A stretch of DNA of 64,000 nt from positions 12,049-76,048 of IMG/VR virus record IMGVR_UViG_3300032301_001148; one strand, given 5' to 3'. Numbering within the stretch: position 1 is the stretch's first letter; each line of letters begins with the position of its first letter. The translations under genes were made by a program, and so were the position numbers. This DNA is from a virus (taxonomy: Duplodnaviria; Caudoviricetes). Below are positions 31,358 to 41,584 of this stretch, in pieces. The notes beneath the pieces are model-generated. The model was not told where the DNA came from and ran no database searches. It was given only the letters and a program-made list of their open reading frames with translations.

Positions 31358-32134
31358 ATGGGTATTGACGTAAAGAAAATGAAAGCAAAGCTTCAAGCAC
31401 TACAAAACAAGGGCGGTTCTGGCAGCAAGACTCTTTTCTGGAGTCCAAAGGAAGGTCAAAATTATTCACTCCGTATTGTTCCTACACCAGACGGTGACCC
31501 TTTCAAGGAATACTGGTTCCATTATGAGCTAGGCACACAAGGCGGATTCCTCTGTCCAAAGAAGAACTTTGGTGACCAATGCGCTGCTTGTGATTTTGCA
31601 AGCAAGCTTTACAAGGAAAAGGATGAAGAGTCCACAAAGATGGCTAAGAAATTTCTTCCACGTCAACGTTTCTTTTCACCGGTACTTGTACGTGGTGAAG
31701 AAAAGGAAGGCTTGAAGGTTTGGGGTTATGGTAAGAATGCTTACCAAGACCTTATCAATCTTGTTCTCAATCCAGATTACGGCGATATCACCGACCCAGA
31801 AGCTGGAACAGACCTTTCTATTCATTCAGCAAAGGCACCCGGCCAAAGCTTCCCAATGACAAAGATTGTTGCTGCTCGTAAGACCAGCAAGCTTTGCCAA
31901 GGTACTGATGTAGAGTGCAAGGAATTACTTGAGACACTTCCTGATTTTGACAAGCTTCACACTCGCAAGACTTCACAAGAAGTATCAACTATTCTTGACG
32001 AGTATCTTGCCAGTGCCGATAACGATGCCGATGCAGAAGCTTCTTCAAGTGAAACAAAGAAGTTCGCAGCTGCTACGCCTGTAAAGAGCAAGAGTGCCGT
32101 TGATTCTGCATTTGAAGAATTAATGAGTAATTAA
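31358..32134 (+). CDS. ssb: Single-stranded DNA-binding protein (gp32-like)
   Basis: Aromatic OB-fold motifs, C..K...C.AC Zn site, DITDP..G.D, acidic tail; upstream of recA. Confidence 0.8.
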   Translation: MGIDVKKMKAKLQALQNKGGSGSKTLFWSPKEGQNYSLRIVPTPDGDPFKEYWFHYELGTQGGFLCPKKNFGDQCAACDFASKLYKEKDEESTKMAKKFLPRQRFFSPVLVRGEEKEGLKVWGYGKNAYQDLINLVLNPDYGDITDPEAGTDLSIHSAKAPGQSFPMTKIVAARKTSKLCQGTDVECKELLETLPDFDKLHTRKTSQEVSTILDEYLASADNDADAEASSSETKKFAAATPVKSKSAVDSAFEELMSN

Positions 32135-32191
32135 TCTTTTCTTCAAAAGCTAAGTCAACAAGGCTTAACATTGTAGAATAGGTATAGTATA

Positions 32192-32225
32192 AAGAAGGGA
32201 ACAGGGTAAAACTTGTTCCCTTCTT
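32192..32225 (+). terminator. 12-bp hairpin between ssb and recA
   Basis: AAGAAGGGAACA...TGTTCCCTTCTT. Confidence 0.55.
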
Positions 32226-32244
32226 GTCTTTCTAGGAGATAATA

Positions 32245-33387
32245 ATGTCAATGGCTAAAAACAAAAATAAAGAATCAGCAGGAAAAGTATCTATTGGACA
32301 ATTGCGTGATTTGCTAAATAAGAAAAGCGGTCGTGAAGTTGCATATGATTTGCAAGATGAGAATCCAACCGAAGTAACAGATTGGATTCCAACTGGCTCA
32401 CGTTGGCTTGATTCAATTATTTGTCGTGGAAAGCTTGCGGGAATTCCAGTAGGCAAGATTAGCGAATTAGCTGGTCTTGAAGGTAGCGGTAAATCCTATA
32501 TGGCTGCACAGATTGCCGCTAATGCACAAAAGATGGGAATTGATGTTATCTATTTTGATTCCGAAAGTGCTATTGACCCTGAATTCATGAAGAAAGCGGG
32601 GTGTGATATGTCACGTATTCTTTATGTTCAAGCCGAGAACGTAGAATATGTTTTGGAAAGCATTGAAGACCTCCTAAAGAACAATCAAAATCGTATGTTA
32701 TTTATTTGGGATTCTATGGCATTAACTCCAAGCAAGACAGACTTAGAAGGTGATTTTGACCCACAATCTTCTATGGCCGTTAAGCCACGTATTCTTGCTA
32801 AGGGTTTGTCAAAACTTATTCAACCAATTGCAAATAGTCAAAGCACGCTTCTTGTTTTAAACCAATTAAAGACAAACCTACAGGTTCAGAATATCAAGTA
32901 TGCAACTGATAGTGAAAGATATACAACGCCAGGAGGTAAGGCTTTATCTTATGCCTATAGCCTCCGTATTTGGCTTACAGGAAGAAAGGCAAAAGATAGT
33001 TATGTTCTTGATGAACGCGGATATAAGGTTGGCAGCGAAGTTAAGGCAAGACTTGAAAAATCTCGCTTTGGCACAGCAGGAAGAGAATGCCTTTTCAAAA
33101 TCATGTGGGGAGGAGCAATCGGTGTTCTTGATAATGAAAGCATCTTTGAGGCAATTAAACCTTTCATTAAACAAACTGGTGCTTGGTATGAGATGGAAGT
33201 TGACGGACAAGCTAAGAAATTCCAGCAATCTTCATGGGAAGAATTAATGAAAGAAGAAGGTTTCAAAAAAGCCGTTCTTGATATTATGGATAAAGAAGTT
33301 GTAGTTAAATTTGATACCCGTGAAGGGGATGCAAAGAATTTTTATAATATAGAGGGCGAAGAACCACAATCAGAAGAATTAAATTAA
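32245..33387 (+). CDS. recA: RecA/UvsX recombinase
   Basis: IPTGS, GLEGSGKS Walker A, FIWDS Walker B, NQL and TPGG motifs. Confidence 0.95.
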   Translation: MSMAKNKNKESAGKVSIGQLRDLLNKKSGREVAYDLQDENPTEVTDWIPTGSRWLDSIICRGKLAGIPVGKISELAGLEGSGKSYMAAQIAANAQKMGIDVIYFDSESAIDPEFMKKAGCDMSRILYVQAENVEYVLESIEDLLKNNQNRMLFIWDSMALTPSKTDLEGDFDPQSSMAVKPRILAKGLSKLIQPIANSQSTLLVLNQLKTNLQVQNIKYATDSERYTTPGGKALSYAYSLRIWLTGRKAKDSYVLDERGYKVGSEVKARLEKSRFGTAGRECLFKIMWGGAIGVLDNESIFEAIKPFIKQTGAWYEMEVDGQAKKFQQSSWEELMKEEGFKKAVLDIMDKEVVVKFDTREGDAKNFYNIEGEEPQSEELN

Positions 33388-33410
33388 TAAAATAGTTGTT
33401 GCAGATAGAG

Positions 33411-33443
33411 CCGCACCAGTGTATTATGAACTGGTGCGGTTTT
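33411..33443 (+). terminator. Terminator-like hairpin after recA
   Basis: CCGCACCAGT...ACTGGTGCGG followed by T4. Confidence 0.65.
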
Positions 33444-33458
33444 CTATTTGGAGGATAT

Positions 33459-34388
33459 ATGGCTCTAGGATTATGTTGTCAGTATTTGCAAGAAAACAAA
33501 AAGCGTAATGGAACTGTATATACAGAAAATATTATAGATGAAAAAAGTTTACAGCTAGGTGCTTATAAGGCTGGTAAATACAGCGAACAACGTATCGTTG
33601 ATACATATCATAATAACGTTGATGAACATATTCGTTTCTTTCCAAAGCTTATTGAAAACAACATCAAATCATTTCGTATTTCTAGTTCCTTGTTCCCTCT
33701 ATATGAGTTTGCAGGAGAACTCGCAAGGAATGACCAAAAACTTATTAATAAACTTGCCTATCTAGGTGGTTTATTTTTCAAGCATGGCATTCGTGTAACT
33801 ACGCATCCCGGTCAATTTACAATCATTAATAGCAATACTGATAGAATTATTCACAATAGCATTCGTGAATTGGCATATCATGCATGGATATTTGATACAA
33901 TGGGTTTTGACCAAACGCCTTATTATGCAATCAACATTCATGGTGGTAAGCGTGGCAATATGGAAAAACTTATTGAAGTAACACAAACGTTACCATCAAA
34001 TATTAAGAACCGTCTTACATTTGAGAATGATGAAAGGTGTTTCAATGTCAAACAGTTACTTGAAGTATATGAAAAGACAGGTGTTCCTGTTGTTCTTGAT
34101 AGTCATCACCATTCTTTTGGAGCTAATGATTTGTCTTTCATAGATGCATTTTATGAAACTCTTAAGACATGGCGCAAGATAAAGCCTTTACAACATCTTT
34201 CTAATACTGAACCAAGCAAAATGAACGGCTCTTTTAGTGACCGCCGAAGTCACTCTAACTATATTCATTATGTTCCCGATATTCAACTTGCAGCAATTAA
34301 AGATAATTTGATTGACGTTGACATTGAGGCTAAAATGAAAAATCTTGCTCTAATTAAAATGAGACAAGATTATGGCATCCAAGCGTAA
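33459..34388 (+). CDS. uvsE: UV damage endonuclease (UvsE/UvdE family)
   Basis: FRISS, HPGQF, IHGG, ENDE, DSHHH and DIEAK motifs; start refined to the ATG after GGAGG. Confidence 0.92.
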   Translation: MALGLCCQYLQENKKRNGTVYTENIIDEKSLQLGAYKAGKYSEQRIVDTYHNNVDEHIRFFPKLIENNIKSFRISSSLFPLYEFAGELARNDQKLINKLAYLGGLFFKHGIRVTTHPGQFTIINSNTDRIIHNSIRELAYHAWIFDTMGFDQTPYYAINIHGGKRGNMEKLIEVTQTLPSNIKNRLTFENDERCFNVKQLLEVYEKTGVPVVLDSHHHSFGANDLSFIDAFYETLKTWRKIKPLQHLSNTEPSKMNGSFSDRRSHSNYIHYVPDIQLAAIKDNLIDVDIEAKMKNLALIKMRQDYGIQA

Positions 34389-34593
34389 AGGTAATTTTAA
34401 GCCAAAGATTGGTCAATTGGTGGCATGGCCCATGGTGTATACTTTTACAGGAGAGCCTATAGAATATTTGGGCATAATAACTCACATATTTCCTGATGGT
34501 TTAGTAGAGGTATCATTTCTTAAAAATAATTGGATTATTACTCTTCAACTAAAACATTTAAAATTATTAAATGATGTTGAAAAGGGACATTAG
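34372..34593 (+). CDS. Small hypothetical protein (SH3-like)
   Basis: FKPKIGQLV...GIIT pattern; overlaps uvsE stop. Confidence 0.55.
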   Translation: MASKRKGNFKPKIGQLVAWPMVYTFTGEPIEYLGIITHIFPDGLVEVSFLKNNWIITLQLKHLKLLNDVEKGH

Positions 34594-34604
34594 TGTGGTA
34601 CTAT
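34577..34604 (+). promoter_or_regulatory. Sigma70-like promoter with extended -10
   Basis: TTGAAA-N16-TACTAT with TG at -15/-14. Confidence 0.55.
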
Positions 34605-34634
34605 GTATTTGTAGTTCCACCCAAGGAGAGAAAT

Positions 34635-35103
34635 ATGGATACCGATGCGACGACGAGCTATGTGAAGAAGCATAATAATATTGAGGATATTCATATTCCA
34701 CGAAAGGATGCTTCTAAAAAAGTTCGGAGGTATCTTCCAGCTGGCTAAAAAGCTTGCAGGTAATTCTACTTATGGTAATTTTAGACATGGTGCGGTTCTT
34801 GTTCGCGGTGGTGCCATTATTGGCTTGGGCATCAATTCAGAGCGGTATTGTTCAGTTGGAAAAAATCACCGTCCAGAAGAAAAAGGAAACGCAACGTACC
34901 ACGCCGAAATCAAGGCGCTCATAAATATTCCTCGTCATGTTACAAAAGGTGCAGTTATGTATGTGGCACGTTGTTCTAAAAACAACAACGAAGACCGTAT
35001 GAGTAAGCCTTGCAATATGTGTCACGCCGTAATGGAAGAGCGTGGTATTCGTAAGGTTTATTATACTATTGATAATGAGGTTGTTGGTACTTATAAATTT
35101 TAA
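34635..35103 (+). CDS. Zn-dependent cytidine/dCMP deaminase-like protein, apparently with a +1 frameshift near 34737
   Basis: HAE and PCxxC motifs in the 34681 frame; RBS and ATG at 34635 are in a different frame that stops at 34748. Confidence 0.7.
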
Positions 35104-35114
35104 AGGATTATAAT

Positions 35115-35249
35115 ATGATTATTTATCTACTTATTGGTTTTAATATCATCACTGCTCTTTTTGCGCTAGAAATGTTCTTGCAAAATCGTGCTTTACGTTC
35201 AGGCTTGGTAGAAGAATTTAAAAAAGAAATGTTAAATAAGGAAAATTAG
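35115..35249 (+). CDS. 44-aa single-TM protein
   Basis: MIIYLLIGFNIITALFALEMF...; AAGGA RBS; fills the gap exactly; not in ORF track. Confidence 0.55.
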   Translation: MIIYLLIGFNIITALFALEMFLQNRALRSGLVEEFKKEMLNKEN

Positions 35250-35461
35250 TGATGAATGATAATTTAAATGTGATGAAGTATATTTCTAATCTTGAAAGTG
35301 AAAATGACTTTCTTAAAACACAAATAAAAGCCATGATAGATGATTTATCTAATCTACGTAAAGAAGTACAAAATCTTAGATTAGAATTGTTAACTATTCA
35401 TGGGCAATGTCTAGAAGAACATCATTGGAAAGGAAATTGTCCAAATGAACGACTCTACTAA
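35249..35461 (+). CDS. Small coiled-coil protein
   Basis: Heptad pattern; overlaps both neighbours. Confidence 0.6.
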   Translation: MMNDNLNVMKYISNLESENDFLKTQIKAMIDDLSNLRKEVQNLRLELLTIHGQCLEEHHWKGNCPNERLY

Positions 35462-36419
35462 GAAACGTATATTAGTTATTGACGGTAATAATCTTTATAT
35501 CCGCAATTATGTTATGAATCCAGCCGTGTCTACCAAAGGCGACCCAATAGGCGGTATATTTGGCACGATTAAAAGCTTACAAAAGTTATGCCGTGAGATT
35601 AAGCCTAACCGTATTGTTATTGCATGGGATGGTAAAGGCGGCTCTTCAAAACGCAGAGCGGTAAACAAGAATTATAAAGAGGGACGTAAGCCATTTCGTT
35701 TAAACCGAAACATTCGTAACTTAAATGAAAATGAAGAACTAGAAAACAAAATCTGGCAAATGACCAGAGTAGTAGAATATTTAAATAACTTTCCTATTAT
35801 TCAGCTACTACTAGATGCAGTAGAGGCTGATGATATTATTTCTGCTATTTGCCAGCATCCACAATTAACAGATTATAATAAAGTAATTGTATCTAACGAT
35901 AAGGATTTTATTCAGCTTTGCAAACATGATACTATTCTCTATAGACCCGTTCAGGATGAAATTTTGAACAGTAAACGGGTTGTAGAAGAATATGGTATTC
36001 ACCCTACTAATTTTTGCTTGGCAAGAGCCATTTCTGGCGATACAAGCGATAATTTGGTCGGGGTTGGTGGTGCAGGTTTGCCAACAATTGCTAAAAGATT
36101 TCCGCAATTAAGGGAAGATAAATCCTATCGTATTGACGATATTGTTGATGTATGCAAAAGCACAGAAAGCAAAATCAAACTATTCTCTAATATCGTAGAA
36201 CACGAAGATTTAATTCGGGAAAACTATAAAATAATGCAACTTGCTATTCCTAATATGTCTATTCAGGATATGCAAAAAATTAATTATGCATTAGAAAATA
36301 GCGAATGTACCTTTAACAAAACTGAATTGGTAACTATGATGTTAAAGGACGGTTTTGGTGAAAGCAATTTTGAAGAGCTATATGCACACATGAATAAGAT
36401 TGTTGTTGAAAACTGCTAA
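35445..36419 (+). CDS. 5'-3' exonuclease/flap endonuclease (T4 RNase H / PolI N-domain-like)
   Basis: IDGNN, AWDG, YKEGR, EADDII, SNDKDFIQL and GDTSDNL.GV.G.G motifs. Confidence 0.93.
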   Translation: MNDSTKKRILVIDGNNLYIRNYVMNPAVSTKGDPIGGIFGTIKSLQKLCREIKPNRIVIAWDGKGGSSKRRAVNKNYKEGRKPFRLNRNIRNLNENEELENKIWQMTRVVEYLNNFPIIQLLLDAVEADDIISAICQHPQLTDYNKVIVSNDKDFIQLCKHDTILYRPVQDEILNSKRVVEEYGIHPTNFCLARAISGDTSDNLVGVGGAGLPTIAKRFPQLREDKSYRIDDIVDVCKSTESKIKLFSNIVEHEDLIRENYKIMQLAIPNMSIQDMQKINYALENSECTFNKTELVTMMLKDGFGESNFEELYAHMNKIVVENC

Positions 36420-36435
36420 TTTCTTGTGGTACTGT
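36406..36435 (+). promoter_or_regulatory. Sigma70-like promoter with extended -10 upstream of the helicase gene
   Basis: TTGAAA-N18-TACTGT; shares TGTGGTACT with the 34577 site. Confidence 0.45.
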
Positions 36436-36455
36436 AATCAAACTTTGGAGGAACA

Positions 36456-37835
36456 ATGTCGTTTATCAACGAAAAAGCAAGCTTTGAGCGTTTCGGTACA
36501 AAATTTCAAGAAAACTTTGTCCAATTAATCTTGGATGATAGAGTTTTTGCGGACCAAATCGGAGAAGTGTTAGATACTAGTTTTCTAGAGTTAAAATATC
36601 TACGTGTGTTCGTAGATAAGATATTTGATTATCGCAAGAAATATGGCACGCATCCATCACGGGATACAATTACAACCATTCTACGTACAGATATTGATAA
36701 AGAAAACGAACTTTTGCAAAAGCAGGTTCGTGAATATTTTGCTCGCGTTACGTCTAATGATTTTAGTATTGATGGTGAACAACACATTAAAGACCAATCT
36801 CTTGATTTTTGTAAGAAACAAAAGCTTAAAGAGGCAATGATTAAAAGCGTTGGACTTATCCAGAATTCTTCATATGATGAAATCTCTAAAATCATTAATG
36901 ATGCTCTTAAGTTGGGAACGGATAATAATCATGGCTATGATTTTATTCTTGACTTTGAAAAGCGCTTTGAATTGAAAGCACGCAATCCAGTATCAACTGG
37001 TTGGGAGCTTATTGATAACATTTCCAAGGGTGGTCTTGGTCGTGGTGAATTAGGCGTTGTAATCGCTCCTACGGGTGCTGGTAAAAGCATGGCACTTGTT
37101 CACCTTGGAGCTATGGCATTGCAAGCAGGATTGAATGTGGTGCATTATACGCTTGAATTACAGGATAAGGTTGTAGCATTACGTTATGATTCCTGTATTA
37201 CTGGTATTTCCCTAACTGACGTTAAGGAACAAAAGGATATTGTTTGGAATGGAGTAAAAGATGTTAAGGGTAAGCTTATTATCAAAGAATATCCAACCAA
37301 GTCTGCTTCTACCAATACAATCAAGAATCATCTTGAAAAGTTAAAGCGTAAGGATTTTCGTATTGATATGGTCATTGTGGATTACGGTGACCTAATTAGA
37401 CCGGTTAGCGCACAAAAGGAGAAACGTATTGAGCTTGAGAGCATCTATGAGGAATTGCGTGGATTAGCACAGGTATATCAATGTTCCCTATGGACTGCAT
37501 CACAAACAAATCGTTCTGGACTAAATGCGGAAGTAATTACGATGGAAAGTATTAGCGAAGCCTTCAACAAATGTTTCGTTGCGGATTTCATTTTTACTAT
37601 TTCTAGAACTATCAAAGATAAGAATATGAATGAAGGTAGACTATTTGTAGCTAAAAATCGCAATGGACCAGATGGACTAGTATTCCCAATCTTTATGGAT
37701 ACAAGCAATGTAAAGATTAAGGTTCTTTCTCAAAGCACTGAAAGCGCTACAGAGATAATTGAGAAGGCAACAAAGAAACAAGAAGAGAACCTCAAACAGA
37801 AGTACAAAAATTATAAAAAGGAAAAGAAAGGATAA
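36456..37835 (+). CDS. dnaB: Replicative DNA helicase (DnaB/gp41 family)
   Basis: APTGAGKS Walker A, VDYGDL Walker B, TASQTNR and KNRNG motifs. Confidence 0.93.
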   Translation: MSFINEKASFERFGTKFQENFVQLILDDRVFADQIGEVLDTSFLELKYLRVFVDKIFDYRKKYGTHPSRDTITTILRTDIDKENELLQKQVREYFARVTSNDFSIDGEQHIKDQSLDFCKKQKLKEAMIKSVGLIQNSSYDEISKIINDALKLGTDNNHGYDFILDFEKRFELKARNPVSTGWELIDNISKGGLGRGELGVVIAPTGAGKSMALVHLGAMALQAGLNVVHYTLELQDKVVALRYDSCITGISLTDVKEQKDIVWNGVKDVKGKLIIKEYPTKSASTNTIKNHLEKLKRKDFRIDMVIVDYGDLIRPVSAQKEKRIELESIYEELRGLAQVYQCSLWTASQTNRSGLNAEVITMESISEAFNKCFVADFIFTISRTIKDKNMNEGRLFVAKNRNGPDGLVFPIFMDTSNVKIKVLSQSTESATEIIEKATKKQEENLKQKYKNYKKEKKG

Positions 37836-37840
37836 ATAAT

Positions 37841-38095
37841 ATGAAAAAAGTTATAATGTTTTCAGCAAGTTGGTGCCGTCCCTGTCAAGCAACAAAGCCA
37901 ACGTTTAACGCTTTAAAAGAAGAATTGAAAGATGTTAGTATGGAAGTGGTAGATGTTAATGAGCAAGAAACATTAGCACAAGAATATGATATTCGTGCTG
38001 TTCCAACTTTCGTACTATTTAATGGCGAGGATGAAGTTGCTCGTATGAGCGGTGGAGCATCGGCTGATAAATTAAAAGCATTTATAAATCAATAA
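37841..38095 (+). CDS. trxA: Thioredoxin
   Basis: WCRPC active site, IRAVPT; next to RNR. Confidence 0.9.
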   Translation: MKKVIMFSASWCRPCQATKPTFNALKEELKDVSMEVVDVNEQETLAQEYDIRAVPTFVLFNGEDEVARMSGGASADKLKAFINQ

Positions 38096-38108
38096 AGGAA
38101 ATAACAAA

Positions 38109-39980
38109 ATGTCAAACTGGTCCAACCTTGCAAAAGTAGTATATAAGCGTACATATGCTCGTAAAGATTCTGGTCAATTAGAAAATTGGGCAGATACTGT
38201 TGAACGTGTAATTGCCGGTAATGTTCAAGGTCATAATGTTTCAACAGAAGAGATTGAGCGTTTGCGCTATTATTTGATGAATCGCAAGGCGGGTCCAGCT
38301 GGACGTGGTTGGTGGTATAGTGGCGCACCAAGTCATAAAAAGCTTGGTGGAGTTGCACTTAATAATTGCTGGTTCGTAGCTAGTGATGAATGGAATAACT
38401 TTGTATTAGCACAAGATTTGCTAATGCTTGGTGGCGGTGTAGGTATGAGCGTTGAACACCGCTTTGTTTCAAAATTGCCAAGATTGAAGAAAGATGTAAA
38501 TATTGTTAGCCGTGAAACAAAAGACGCAGACTTTATCGTTCCAGATTCCCGTGAAGGTTGGAATGAATTAACTCGCAGAGTATTAGAAGCTTATTTTGTA
38601 ACCGGTAAATCTTTCTCTTATTCTACTGTTTGTATCCGCCCAGCGGGTGAGCCAATTAATGGCTTTGGTGGTGTTTCTAGTGGTCCAAAGCCATTAGTTA
38701 CATATGTAGAGAAATTAGTTGCGCTCTTAAAGTCAAGAGAAGGCAAACATCTACGTCCAGTAGATGCTGCTGATATTCTTTGCTCTATCGGTGAAATGGT
38801 TGTATCAGGCAATGTTCGTCGCTCCGCTATTATTATCCTTGGCGACCCTTGGGATAAGGAATATCTAAAGGCAAAGCGTTGGGATTTGGGTAATATTCCT
38901 ACACAACGTGCAATGGCTAACTTCTCAGTTGTTGTAGATGATGTAGAAGATTTGCATCCTCTATTCTGGAAAACATACGAACAAGGTGAACCATTTGGTC
39001 TTGTAAATCGTAAGAACATTCAAAAGTTTGCTCGTATGGGCGATTTAAAGCCTGATAGTGCCATTGGTGTAAATCCTTGCGCAGAGGCAACTTTAGAAGA
39101 TGGCGAGCCATGCAATCTTCAAGAAATTGCATTACCAAATCTCTTAAACGAAGAAGAGTTTATTGAATCTGCAAGACTCATGCATCGTTGGGGTAAGCGT
39201 GTAACTATGGAAAAATATCATCAACCAAAATGTGATGCCGTTGTGAAACGTAATCGTAGAATTGGTACTGGTATTACAGGATGTCTACAAAGTCCGCTAT
39301 TTAATCCTGACACATTAGACAGAGCATATGCAGCAATCCAAAAAGAGAATCGGGACTATTCAAAGGAATTAAACATCCCAGAAAGCATCCGTACCACTGT
39401 TATTAAACCAAGTGGAACAATCAGCAAAGTTATGGATTGCTATGAAGGTGTACATCCAGCATATTCACGTCATATCATTCAACGTGTACGTTTTGCTGGT
39501 AACGACCCGTTACTTCCGTTATTACGTGAAGCAGGACATTATATGGAACCAACAATTCGCTTTGATGGTACATTAGACCACAACACACAAGTTGTAGACT
39601 TTTATGTTGCGGCACCAGAAAATGCCCCTGTAGCTGATGAGGATTGGACAACATGGAAACAATTAGATGTTGTTAAAATGGCTCAGAAACATTGGGCAGA
39701 CCAAGCGGTAAGCGTTACTGTATATTATAAGCAAAGCGAATTAGAAGAACTAAAGACATGGTTAAAAGATAATCTTAAGTATCTCAAGACTATTTCTTTC
39801 CTTTGCCACAGCGAGCACGGTTTTAAGCAGGCTCCAAAAGAAAAAATCAGCAAAGAGCAATATGAAAAGTTATCTGCCAAGATTAAGTCAATTAATATTG
39901 ATAATAAAGACGTTGGGCAAGCAGACCTATTAAGTTCAATGGAGTGTGCTGATGGAGCGGGTGTCTGCCCAGTTAAATAA
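38109..39980 (+). CDS. nrdJ: Class II (B12-dependent) ribonucleotide reductase
   Basis: NNC, GNVRRSA, NPCAE, KPSGT and C-terminal Cys pair; about 620 aa; no beta subunit nearby. Confidence 0.9.
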   Translation: MSNWSNLAKVVYKRTYARKDSGQLENWADTVERVIAGNVQGHNVSTEEIERLRYYLMNRKAGPAGRGWWYSGAPSHKKLGGVALNNCWFVASDEWNNFVLAQDLLMLGGGVGMSVEHRFVSKLPRLKKDVNIVSRETKDADFIVPDSREGWNELTRRVLEAYFVTGKSFSYSTVCIRPAGEPINGFGGVSSGPKPLVTYVEKLVALLKSREGKHLRPVDAADILCSIGEMVVSGNVRRSAIIILGDPWDKEYLKAKRWDLGNIPTQRAMANFSVVVDDVEDLHPLFWKTYEQGEPFGLVNRKNIQKFARMGDLKPDSAIGVNPCAEATLEDGEPCNLQEIALPNLLNEEEFIESARLMHRWGKRVTMEKYHQPKCDAVVKRNRRIGTGITGCLQSPLFNPDTLDRAYAAIQKENRDYSKELNIPESIRTTVIKPSGTISKVMDCYEGVHPAYSRHIIQRVRFAGNDPLLPLLREAGHYMEPTIRFDGTLDHNTQVVDFYVAAPENAPVADEDWTTWKQLDVVKMAQKHWADQAVSVTVYYKQSELEELKTWLKDNLKYLKTISFLCHSEHGFKQAPKEKISKEQYEKLSAKIKSINIDNKDVGQADLLSSMECADGAGVCPVK

Positions 39981-40001
39981 TCTTTCTTCTTAACAAGGAA
40001 G

Positions 40002-40040
40002 CGGCACTATGGTACAAAAGACTGTAGTGCCGTTTTCTTT
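40002..40040 (+). terminator. Terminator after nrdJ
   Basis: CGGCACTAT...GTAGTGCCG followed by TTTTCTTT. Confidence 0.7.
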
Positions 40041-40053
40041 TGGAGGAATCGTT

Positions 40054-40296
40054 ATGTTTAATATCAAAGTCATAGAAAATGAATTAACCCGTAGATGTAA
40101 TCGTGATGTAAGATTTTCAAACGAATCATATTATATGTCTGACGACTTTGGTTTTTATCGTAAGCTTCTTGTTGATAATAGAGATACTGGTATCAAAGTT
40201 CGCTTAGACCACTTGCAAGAAGCAGAAGAACGTGGTAGAATAGAGGATAAGTACAGTGTCCTATTAGGACAAATAGAGAAGGTCACTAACCGCTAG
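40054..40296 (+). CDS. Hypothetical protein
   Basis: GGAGG RBS; start refined from 40009. Confidence 0.6.
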   Translation: MFNIKVIENELTRRCNRDVRFSNESYYMSDDFGFYRKLLVDNRDTGIKVRLDHLQEAEERGRIEDKYSVLLGQIEKVTNR

Positions 40297-40304
40297 GAGC
40301 GCAC

Positions 40305-40565
40305 ATGTCATACGCCGTTAATAATGTTGTAGATAAGCCCAAGACCAAGGAAGAGCGCATTAAGGATTTTGTTAAGGCACTTGCTGCTGTGGACCAAGCC
40401 ATGCAACCATTCAAGGAACAACGTGCGGATTTAAAGAAGAATTACGTTGAGAATGATTGGTTGAGCAAAGAAGAACTTAGATACGTATCTAAAGCCTATA
40501 CTCTTGCAAAGAAGAGCGACTTTGATATTGACAAGTTTGTAGATGCATACAACAAGGTAAAGTAA
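40305..40565 (+). CDS. Small helical protein, possibly DsbA/GapR-like dsDNA-binding
   Basis: ERIKDFVKAL..VD....FKEQRADLKK pattern. Confidence 0.45.
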   Translation: MSYAVNNVVDKPKTKEERIKDFVKALAAVDQAMQPFKEQRADLKKNYVENDWLSKEELRYVSKAYTLAKKSDFDIDKFVDAYNKVK

Positions 40566-40578
40566 AGGGGTATACATA

Positions 40579-40857
40579 ATGGAATTCTATCCAAAGAATA
40601 AATATCTTTTGGTAGAGCCAGTAGAAGATGCGAAGCCAGAGAATAAAACCTCTGGCTTCATTCTTCCAGAGGACTACAAAAAGATTGAAAATCATAAAGC
40701 AGTAAAACTTTTGAGAGCGGCTGGTGATTCTCCATATCGTGATTTAGGAGTTTGTCTATTAGTGGTTTCTTCAAATATGATTGAAGAAATTAAAGCCGCT
40801 GGGAAAACAATTTATGTTGTTCCCGAAAGTGCAGTTTATGGCGCATTTTACAAATAG
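40579..40857 (+). CDS. groES: GroES/Cpn10-like co-chaperonin
   Basis: P.NKYLLVEP...KTSGFILP mobile-loop pattern; 92 aa. Confidence 0.65.
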   Translation: MEFYPKNKYLLVEPVEDAKPENKTSGFILPEDYKKIENHKAVKLLRAAGDSPYRDLGVCLLVVSSNMIEEIKAAGKTIYVVPESAVYGAFYK

Positions 40858-40864
40858 GTGATAG

Positions 40865-41584
40865 ATGATTAACGATACAATTTATTTATACGATGATAAT
40901 ATTGGCCGTGTTCAATATGTTCAACATGTTGGGAACGATAAAATGGTTGTAAATGCAGCCCGTGTAAGTTTCGGAATGGACAATGAAAAAGAACTAGACG
41001 ATAGAGACAAGAAGCTTATCCGCTATCTTATTCAGCATCGCCATACTTCTACTTTGGAACATTGCAGCATCACGTTTAAGTTTGTTGTACCGTTATTCAT
41101 TCGTTCACAACACCACAGGCATCGCACATGGTCTTATAATGAAATCTCTCGTCGCTACACGGACGAAGATTTAAAGTTCTATGAGCCAAAGCAGTTTCGC
41201 ACACAGCATAAAAGTAATCGTCAAGCCAGCAATAGCGAACAGCTAATAGACCCATGGTATCAAGAACCCGACCAATGGATTCAGGGCATGCGTGTGAGTG
41301 ACATAGTGCAGGACCATCATAAAATCTCTGTAGAAATTTATGAAAAGATGTTAGAACTTGGCGTGTGTCGTGAACAGGCCCGTGGTATATTGCCACAAAA
41401 CTTATATACAGAATATTATGGTACAACCAACTTAAATAACTTGTTCAAGTTTATTGAATTACGCACACACGATGGAGCGCAATGGGAAATTCAGAAAGTT
41501 GCCGAAGCATGTTTAAAAATGGCAGAAGACCTATTCCCAGAAACCATTAAAGCTTATAATGAAATAAGAGGTAAACATGATTAG
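40865..41584 (+). CDS. thyX: Flavin-dependent thymidylate synthase
   Basis: RHRTWSYNEISRRY signature, EQARGILP, AQWEI. Confidence 0.95.
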   Translation: MINDTIYLYDDNIGRVQYVQHVGNDKMVVNAARVSFGMDNEKELDDRDKKLIRYLIQHRHTSTLEHCSITFKFVVPLFIRSQHHRHRTWSYNEISRRYTDEDLKFYEPKQFRTQHKSNRQASNSEQLIDPWYQEPDQWIQGMRVSDIVQDHHKISVEIYEKMLELGVCREQARGILPQNLYTEYYGTTNLNNLFKFIELRTHDGAQWEIQKVAEACLKMAEDLFPETIKAYNEIRGKHD

